A stretch of DNA of 41,806 nt, taken from the IMG/VR virus record IMGVR_UViG_2851955134_000003, positions 1 to 41,806 of that record, one strand, 5' to 3'. The notes below the pieces were generated by a model. That model did no database searches. It saw nothing but the letters and a program-made list of their open reading frames with translations, and was not told the DNA's origin. The stretch is from a virus (lineage: Duplodnaviria; Heunggongvirae; Uroviricota; Caudoviricetes). The position numbers and the translations under genes were made by a program. This document shows, in pieces, positions 35,938-41,806 of the stretch. Numbering within the stretch: position 1 is the stretch's first letter; each line of letters starts with the position of its first letter.

Positions 35938-36972
35938 ATGAGTGAATTGTCAATCATCGAAATCACACCAGACATGGCACCAAGAATTTACGTTGAAAAA
36001 GGGCTGGAAAAGTTTCTCGAGCAGATCCGTGAAGGTGTTAATGAAGTGCCTGACATTAGCACAGACAAAGGCAGAAAGCGCATTGCATCTCTGGCTGCGA
36101 AGGTTTCAAGAAGTAAAACAGCGGTAGAAAAACCAGGACGTGATTATCTGAAACGCCTGAAAGAACAGCCGAAAGTAGTTGAAGCAGAGTTACGACGCTT
36201 CGTAACCGAATGCGATCGTCTTCGTGATGAAGTACGCCGCCCACTCACCGAGTGGGAAAATGCTGAGAAATTACGCACTGAAGCACTGCAACAACGCCTG
36301 ACAAATTTGCGAGCACTAGCTGACGTGATCGATCTCTCCGGAAACTACTTGCCATCATCTGATATTCAGGAACGAATTCAAGAGGCTAAATCAGTAGCAC
36401 TTGATGAAAGTTGGCAGGAGTACGCAGCAGAAGCTGGAGTAGCCAAGGATTCAACCATCCAGAAACTGGAAGAATCACTCGCAGTAGCTCAAAAACGCGA
36501 GCATGAAGCCGCTGAGCTGGAGCGACTTCGCAAAGAAGCGGAGGAAAAAGCGCGCATTGAGCGAGAAGAGAATATCCGCCGGGAAGCTGCTGAACAGGCC
36601 AGGCTCGAAGCTGAACAAAAAGCGAAAGCTGAAATTGAGGCTGCGGCACGCCTGGCGGCGGAAGAAAAAGCACGTGCTGAAGTAGCAGAACGTCAGCGAA
36701 TTGAAGCAGAGCAGCGTGCACGACGCGAAAAAGAAGAAGCAGTTGCCGAGGAACGCCGACGCCAAGAGGCGGCAGAAAAAGCCCGCCTTGACGAACAGAA
36801 GCGTATCGCCGACGAAGAAGCGCGCCGAGCTGCAGATAAAGAGCATCGCCGTACCGTTAACCGCAGAGTAATCGCAGATCTGATAGCCCAAGGCATTCCC
36901 GAAGAATTCGCGCAGAAAGCAATGTTGGCTATCGCTGGCGGCAAAGTGCAGGACGCGTATATCAAATATTGA
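35938..36972 (+). CDS. Hypothetical coiled-coil protein (344 aa) with E/A/R/K-rich repeat region
   Basis: First large gene of the recombination operon; long charged helical low-complexity segment. Confidence 0.55.
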   Translation: MSELSIIEITPDMAPRIYVEKGLEKFLEQIREGVNEVPDISTDKGRKRIASLAAKVSRSKTAVEKPGRDYLKRLKEQPKVVEAELRRFVTECDRLRDEVRRPLTEWENAEKLRTEALQQRLTNLRALADVIDLSGNYLPSSDIQERIQEAKSVALDESWQEYAAEAGVAKDSTIQKLEESLAVAQKREHEAAELERLRKEAEEKARIEREENIRREAAEQARLEAEQKAKAEIEAAARLAAEEKARAEVAERQRIEAEQRARREKEEAVAEERRRQEAAEKARLDEQKRIADEEARRAADKEHRRTVNRRVIADLIAQGIPEEFAQKAMLAIAGGKVQDAYIKY

Positions 36973-36979
36973 GGTGGGT

Positions 36980-37279
36980 ATGAACGTTAATCAGCAGAAA
37001 AATCTTCAAAAAATCATGCTGGCATTCGACAAGGACTACCGCCTGTCAGAACAGCTATATGACCGACAAGTTGAACTGATTGAGGGCATCCGACTTCATC
37101 AACTGTCCTCAACTTTCGACGTTGTAACAGGCAAAGGCGTTCGTCAGGAAGTGCTGGAGGCTGCTAAAGACAGCCCTGAGTTCGAAGAACTGATGGATTC
37201 CTACCGGCGCGAGGCAATGGCAATTATAGCGCGCTGGGATCTGGCGGATCAGCTTGATGGGCAGAGGGAAGCGGCATGA
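36980..37279 (+). CDS. Hypothetical protein (99 aa)
   Basis: ATG 36980 with RBS GAGGTGGG; overlaps the exonuclease start. Confidence 0.5.
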   Translation: MNVNQQKNLQKIMLAFDKDYRLSEQLYDRQVELIEGIRLHQLSSTFDVVTGKGVRQEVLEAAKDSPEFEELMDSYRREAMAIIARWDLADQLDGQREAA

Positions 37280-38097
37280 AACCGGGAATTTATTTCGACA
37301 TCAGCAACGAAGACTACCACGCCGGTGACGGCGTGAGTAAGTCGCAACTGGACATGGTTGCCAAGAATCCGGCGCTTCTTAAATGGGTTCAGGCAGCACC
37401 AGAAGACGAAGAGAAAAAGTCTGCACTGGATATGGGAACCGCATTGCACTGTCTGCTTCTGGAGCCTGGAGAATTCGACAAACGCTTCATTGTTTCACCG
37501 AAGTTCGATCGTCGGACGAAACAAGGTAAAGCTGACGAAGAAGCATTTCTTCGTGATGTAGCGGATATGGGGATTACGGTACTTGATGCCGAGCAGTGGC
37601 GGAAACTGGAGCTGATGCGTGATAGCGCAATGGCTCACCCGGCGGCACGCTGGATGCTGGAAGCACCTGGTTACTGCGAAGCATCAATGTACTGGAACGA
37701 TGAAGAGACGGGTGAGTTGTGCCGAATTCGTCCAGACAAATGGCTGAACGAGCACAACGTGATCGTCGACGTGAAAAAGGTTGCAGATATGGACCGTTTT
37801 GCACGTCACATCGAGGAATTCCGCTACCACGTGCAGGACGCAATGTACCGCGAAGGCGCAATGAGGATTACTGGTCAGCCGCATGGTTTTTTCTTTCTTG
37901 CCGTGAGCGAAAGCATTGATTGTGGTCGGTATCCGGTACGCGTGTTCGGGCTGGATGCGCCGGATGTCGATGCCGGGCACGCTCTGTTCCGCCGGGATCT
38001 GAATACCTATCACGAATGCCGCATCAGCGATGAATGGGGCGGCGTGGAAATTATTAAACGCCCTGAGTGGGCACGCAAACAGGATATGTACGTATGA
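37276..38097 (+). CDS. Recombination exonuclease, PD-(D/E)xK family (RecE/YqaJ-like partner of RecT)
   Basis: 273 aa with D ... E-x-K-type acidic motifs (IRPDKW, VDVKKV); stop overlaps the RecT start (ATGA). Confidence 0.65.
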   Translation: MKPGIYFDISNEDYHAGDGVSKSQLDMVAKNPALLKWVQAAPEDEEKKSALDMGTALHCLLLEPGEFDKRFIVSPKFDRRTKQGKADEEAFLRDVADMGITVLDAEQWRKLELMRDSAMAHPAARWMLEAPGYCEASMYWNDEETGELCRIRPDKWLNEHNVIVDVKKVADMDRFARHIEEFRYHVQDAMYREGAMRITGQPHGFFFLAVSESIDCGRYPVRVFGLDAPDVDAGHALFRRDLNTYHECRISDEWGGVEIIKRPEWARKQDMYV

Positions 38098-39011
38098 GCA
38101 ACGAAATTGCAATCACCAATGATGTGTTGGCTATTCGGGGAATCGATGAAGTTACATGGAGCGCTCTGAAAAACAGTATTTACCCTGGGGCAAAAGATGA
38201 ATCGGTAATGATGGCAGTCGATTACTGCCGGGCGCGTCAACTCGATCCTCTTCTTAAGCCGGTACACCTGGTACCAATGAGTGTTAAAGACTCGAAGAGT
38301 GGAAAGAATGAATGGCGCGACGTGGTCATGCCTGGCATTGGACTTTATCGCATTCAGGCCTACCGTTCCGGCGATTACGCAGGCGCTAATGAACCTGAGT
38401 TCGGTCCAGATGTAACACAAACGCTTTCAGGCGTGGAGGTTACCTTCCCTCAGTGGTGTAAGTACACCGTCAGCAAGCGAATGGCAAGCGGGGAAATCGT
38501 AGAGTTTAGCGCCAAAGAATACTGGATTGAGAACTATGCAACTGGGGGGCGTGACACATCGGCACCAAATGCCATGTGGAAAAAGCGCCCTTATGCGCAG
38601 TTGGCAAAATGCGCAGAGGCACAGGCATTACGTAAAGCATGGCCGGAGATTGGTCAACAAGCCACAGCTGAGGAAATGGAAGGTAAATATATCGACTCAC
38701 CTGACATTATTGAACGTGACGTAACTCCAAGAAGTCAGGCAAAGCACGGCACAGCATCCAGCATGAACAGTCTGATCAACGCTAAAACAGTGAAAAAGCC
38801 TGATGAGCAAACGCGTAAAGCGGATAGCCGTGATCCAGAAGAAATGCTGATGGCCTTTACCAGCGCAGCGATGAATTACAGCACTGTCTCCGAACTGGAT
38901 AAGGCTTACAAATACATTGCACAAAAACTTTCAGATGATGACGAACTGCTGGCAAAAGCCACCGACGTTTACAGCGTTCGTCGGGAAGAATTAAACGAAA
39001 CATCTATGTAA
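38094..39011 (+). CDS. recT: RecT-family single-strand annealing recombinase
   Basis: Start ATG 38094; sequence features typical of RecT (AQLAKCAEAQALRKAW); adjacent to the exonuclease. Confidence 0.75.
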   Translation: MSNEIAITNDVLAIRGIDEVTWSALKNSIYPGAKDESVMMAVDYCRARQLDPLLKPVHLVPMSVKDSKSGKNEWRDVVMPGIGLYRIQAYRSGDYAGANEPEFGPDVTQTLSGVEVTFPQWCKYTVSKRMASGEIVEFSAKEYWIENYATGGRDTSAPNAMWKKRPYAQLAKCAEAQALRKAWPEIGQQATAEEMEGKYIDSPDIIERDVTPRSQAKHGTASSMNSLINAKTVKKPDEQTRKADSRDPEEMLMAFTSAAMNYSTVSELDKAYKYIAQKLSDDDELLAKATDVYSVRREELNETSM

Positions 39012-39060
39012 CCACCACCGCGGCGCCACGCGCGCCGCACTGCAACCAAGAGAGGTATTT

Positions 39061-39309
39061 ATGAAAGGTGCATTAGGTAAGAAGGAACTCCTGGCGGTGG
39101 TGCCACTGTCATGGAGCACTATCGACCGTATGGAGCGCGCAGGGGAATTTCCTAAACGCTGGTATATCACCGATAAACGCTGCGCATGGAACCGTGATGA
39201 AGTTGAGCGTTGGCTTGATGAACGTCAGGCAGCAAGCCCGGCAGAGTTCCAGGGTAAAAAACCTCCTGTTCAGCAACGTGTATATCGTCCCGTGAGCAAC
39301 GCTGCATGA
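39061..39309 (+). CDS. AlpA-like excisionase/transcriptional regulator (Xis)
   Basis: 82 aa, HTH region LAVVPLSWSTIDRMERAGEFPKR typical of AlpA-type excisionases paired with P4-like integrases. Confidence 0.65.
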   Translation: MKGALGKKELLAVVPLSWSTIDRMERAGEFPKRWYITDKRCAWNRDEVERWLDERQAASPAEFQGKKPPVQQRVYRPVSNAA

Positions 39310-39418
39310 GTGCGCTGCTAAGGCACTGGAGCAAATGGTCAGGATGGTACTTATTCCTGGCCTCTGTTTCAGCATGGCTTTATCTGCTGGCATTAATTTT
39401 CAGAGAGGGTTGGATTAA

Positions 39419-39718
39419 TTGAGAAAGTTAAGCAGACTTGAAAAATATCACATGAACAAGGTTTCAATGCGCAGCCCTTCAAAGGTTGTTGCCGTTACTC
39501 CTGCGGCGATAGAGATCGAAAAACGCGCGATTGAAAGAGAGAAAAAAGGGCAGTTCCGCATTGCCGCCCACCTTTGGCTTCAGTGTATGGATGTTGCTTC
39601 TGGTGATGTTGAGCGTGCAAGGATCGCGGTTCGCAGGGACCAATGTATCACAAAAGGTAACGGCCTTCGCCGTGGCGACTATAGCGGCATAGGATGTTGT
39701 GGGGTGGTTTATGACTAA
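39419..39718 (+). CDS. Hypothetical small regulator-like protein (possible ANR/PerC-like)
   Basis: W/A-rich helical segment RIAAHLWLQCMDVASGDVERARIAV; start codon ambiguous (TTG 39419, ATG 39452 or 39467). Confidence 0.3.
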   Translation: MRKLSRLEKYHMNKVSMRSPSKVVAVTPAAIEIEKRAIEREKKGQFRIAAHLWLQCMDVASGDVERARIAVRRDQCITKGNGLRRGDYSGIGCCGVVYD

Positions 39719-40361
39719 GAAATACACACTAATCTATGCAGATCCACCCTGGGTATACCGGGACAAAGCCGCAGATGGTAATCGCGGTGCCGGTTTTAAA
39801 TATCCGGTTATGAGTGTGCTGGATATCTGCCGCCTTCCTGTGTGGGATTTGGCCGATGAAAACTGTCTGTTGGCCATGTGGTGGGTGCCAACACAACCAC
39901 TCGAAGCGCTAAAAGTTGTTGAAGCCTGGGGATTTCGTCTTATGACCATGAAGGGCTTCACGTGGATAAAATGTGGTAGTCGACAACCAGATAAACTGGT
40001 TATGGGTATGGGTCACATGACTCGCGCCAATAGTGAAGATTGCCTGTTTGCGGTAAAGGGAAAACTACCTCCGCGCATTAATGCAGGGATCGTTCAGTCA
40101 TTTACCGCACCGCGACTTGAGCATTCAAGAAAACCAGATGTCGTTCGTGAAAAACTTGTGCAATTGTTAGGCGATGTTTCTCGCATTGAACTGTTCGCCC
40201 GCCAGACGTCTCATGGCTTCGATGTTTGGGGTAATCAGTGCGAAGACCCGGCAGTGCAACTACACCCTGGATACGCGTTGGATATTGGCAGATTAACAAA
40301 TGCATTCGGCAATGCTCCGCTGTCACCAACAGACAACCAGGGGCGGGAGCGTGCAGCATGA
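39711..40361 (+). CDS. DNA N6-adenine methyltransferase, MT-A70 family (orphan)
   Basis: DPPW catalytic motif near the N-terminus (LIYADPPWVY); no adjacent restriction endonuclease gene. Confidence 0.8.
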   Translation: MTKKYTLIYADPPWVYRDKAADGNRGAGFKYPVMSVLDICRLPVWDLADENCLLAMWWVPTQPLEALKVVEAWGFRLMTMKGFTWIKCGSRQPDKLVMGMGHMTRANSEDCLFAVKGKLPPRINAGIVQSFTAPRLEHSRKPDVVREKLVQLLGDVSRIELFARQTSHGFDVWGNQCEDPAVQLHPGYALDIGRLTNAFGNAPLSPTDNQGRERAA

Positions 40362-40552
40362 ACAGGGCATCACCAGCAGATTTAAGGAAATGCCTTGAAA
40401 CTGCAAACATGCTTGCACACAGCGGGATCAGGTTTGTTCCAATTCCCGCTGTCACTGATGCTGAATTTGCAACACTGTCAGCAATATTCGCAGATAAAAT
40501 TGAATCACTGGCAGCAGAAGCCGAGATGGAAGAAAATCAGCAGAATAATTAA
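40358..40552 (+). CDS. Hypothetical small protein (64 aa)
   Basis: ATG overlaps the methyltransferase stop (ATGA); acidic C-terminus. Confidence 0.4.
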   Translation: MNRASPADLRKCLETANMLAHSGIRFVPIPAVTDAEFATLSAIFADKIESLAAEAEMEENQQNN

Positions 40553-40555
40553 ACG

Positions 40556-41806
40556 TTATTCCCCCGCCATCCACTTCTCAAACTTCGACGGGGAGAACGG
40601 AATCAGATCCGTATGCTCCCCATTAATCCAGGAATCAATCATATCGGCCCACTGCTGCAACATGTAGGCGCGCTGTCTGGCGTATTCCGCTTTGTTATAT
40701 ACGGCGCGCACACCTTTCTGCTCATGTGCCAGAGCCTTTTCAATCCAGTCTGAAGGATAACCAGCCTCATGCAACAACGTACTGGCTGTACGGCGCATAT
40801 CATGTACGGTGAAGTCCTGAATATGCTCACCATCTTCATTTATTATTTTCACCGTTCTGTCGATCAGAGAGTTCAGAGCGGCATTAGATAATGGCTTCCG
40901 GAAGTTGTAACGACCAGGAACCAGATATTCACTTCCACCAGCGCACATCTGCAACCCGACCAATATATCCTGTGCCTGTTTAGGCAGGTAAATAACGTGC
41001 GCCCGGCTTCCCTTCATGCGGTCTGAAGGAATTGTCCATGTCCATTTTTTAAAATCTATTTCGTCCCACGTTGCATTGGTGAATTCGCCTTTACGAACCA
41101 TAGTGATAAGCACCAGCTTTAAAGCCATTTTCATAGTGCCCATAGCACCAATGGCATCCAGCGTACGGAAGAACAGGCCAATTTCTTCTGGTGTCAGTGT
41201 TCGCTCTCGTGGTTTAAATATGGCGATAGACGAAGGTTTAATGTCAGCCGCAGGATTAAACAAACCATGACCACGGTCATTGGCGTGACGGTATACGCTG
41301 CTGATGATCTCCCTGGCCTGCACTGCTGTTGCCCGACCACCGCGTTCGACAATCCGGTCACACAAATCACGAACCATCGATGTGGTAATTTCAGCCATCA
41401 TTTTGTTGCCAAGAACAGGAAGTATGTCACGGTCGATCACTGCCTGCTTCATTGCGCGGGTACTGTCAGCCAGGATGACGTGTTTCATATAACTGTCGGT
41501 ATGTACCGCAAACGTCTCGGCACCACGAATCTTTTTGATACCGTCACGTTTAGCCGCAGCCGGCGACTGGCCTGCTTTAAGCAGCTTCTTTGCAGCAATC
41601 AGTTCTTCTCGCGCTTCTGCCAGGCTGATACCGTCACGCCCATACTGCCCGATTACCAGTGTTTCGCGGCGACCGTTGATACGGTAGTCATAGCGAAACG
41701 AGACCGTGCCTGACGTAAGCACAGCTACATACAGCCCGTCACGATCGGAGACCTTGTACAGTTTGTCCTGCGGCTTGAGGTTTTTTAATTTTGTATCGGT
41801 AAGCAC
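40556..41806 (-). CDS. int: Tyrosine integrase (P4/CP4-57-like), N-terminus truncated by the window edge
   Basis: N-terminal arm-binding pattern LTDTKLKNLKP; C-terminal catalytic region with HDMRRT and final tyrosine (RAVYNKAEY); ORF runs to the last base of the window. Confidence 0.9.
   Translation of the reverse strand: MLTDTKLKNLKPQDKLYKVSDRDGLYVAVLTSGTVSFRYDYRINGRRETLVIGQYGRDGISLAEAREELIAAKKLLKAGQSPAAAKRDGIKKIRGAETFAVHTDSYMKHVILADSTRAMKQAVIDRDILPVLGNKMMAEITTSMVRDLCDRIVERGGRATAVQAREIISSVYRHANDRGHGLFNPAADIKPSSIAIFKPRERTLTPEEIGLFFRTLDAIGAMGTMKMALKLVLITMVRKGEFTNATWDEIDFKKWTWTIPSDRMKGSRAHVIYLPKQAQDILVGLQMCAGGSEYLVPGRYNFRKPLSNAALNSLIDRTVKIINEDGEHIQDFTVHDMRRTASTLLHEAGYPSDWIEKALAHEQKGVRAVYNKAEYARQRAYMLQQWADMIDSWINGEHTDLIPFSPSKFEKWMAGE

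Larger units (their letters stand above)
1144..41806. mobile_element. Integrated temperate phage (prophage); left junction about 1144-1265, right end beyond the window
   Basis: Contiguous phage modules (lysis, tailspike, immI-like region, virion, terminase, replication, immunity, recombination, integrase) abutting host genes on the left; integrase truncated by the window edge. Confidence 0.9.

Noticed and set aside
36386-36965. Minus-strand ORFs 36386-36721, 36475-36891 and 36693-36965 and the plus-strand ORF 36503-36685
   Set aside because: All lie within or antisense to the repetitive coiled-coil coding region of the 344-aa gene; the repeats generate open frames in every phase.
1-41806. 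Insertion sequences, transposases or integron structures
   Set aside because: No transposase-like ORF or terminal inverted repeats flanking a mobile unit were seen; the only recombinase is the phage integrase, and the ant-flanking inverted repeat is gene-derived, not IS-like.

Overview
The window is almost entirely one integrated temperate phage (prophage) in an enterobacterial chromosome. Two host genes sit at the left edge (yfgH-like lipoprotein, yfgI-like protein, then an intrinsic terminator), and the prophage begins right after them at about 1144-1265. Reading left to right: a lysis cassette (holin-like proteins, GH19 endolysin, i-spanin with an embedded o-spanin), a mosaic tailspike, an immI-like antirepressor region (Mnt-like/Arc-like/Ant, as in P22) carrying AT-rich cargo genes, a long minus-strand block of virion genes (two giant internal proteins, one with a lytic transglycosylase domain, then capsid, scaffold, portal), a plus-strand insertion (promoter/operator module, structured non-coding stretch, tRNA-Arg(UCU), unknown ORF), terminase, a lambda-like early region (O-like initiator with ori iterons, P-like helicase loader, cro-like/cI-like switch, RecT plus exonuclease, AlpA-like excisionase, MT-A70 methyltransferase) and a tyrosine integrase that runs off the right edge. 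The overall gene order resembles epsilon15/phiV10-type podovirus prophages, but that is a judgement from memory. The best candidates for an undescribed system are two AT-rich membrane-protein cassettes in the immI-like region (7651-8726 and 10359-11444), the first of which is bracketed by inverted ~258-bp repeats. Other notable signals are a LexA-box-controlled 85-aa antirepressor-domain protein, a 15-bp operator-like motif (TTACCT-N3-AGGTAA) recurring about ten times, and a 14-bp palindrome (CGTGACATGTCACA) present three times. No CRISPR array, transposase or rRNA was found. All calls rest on reading the sequence and ORF translations; no database search was run.
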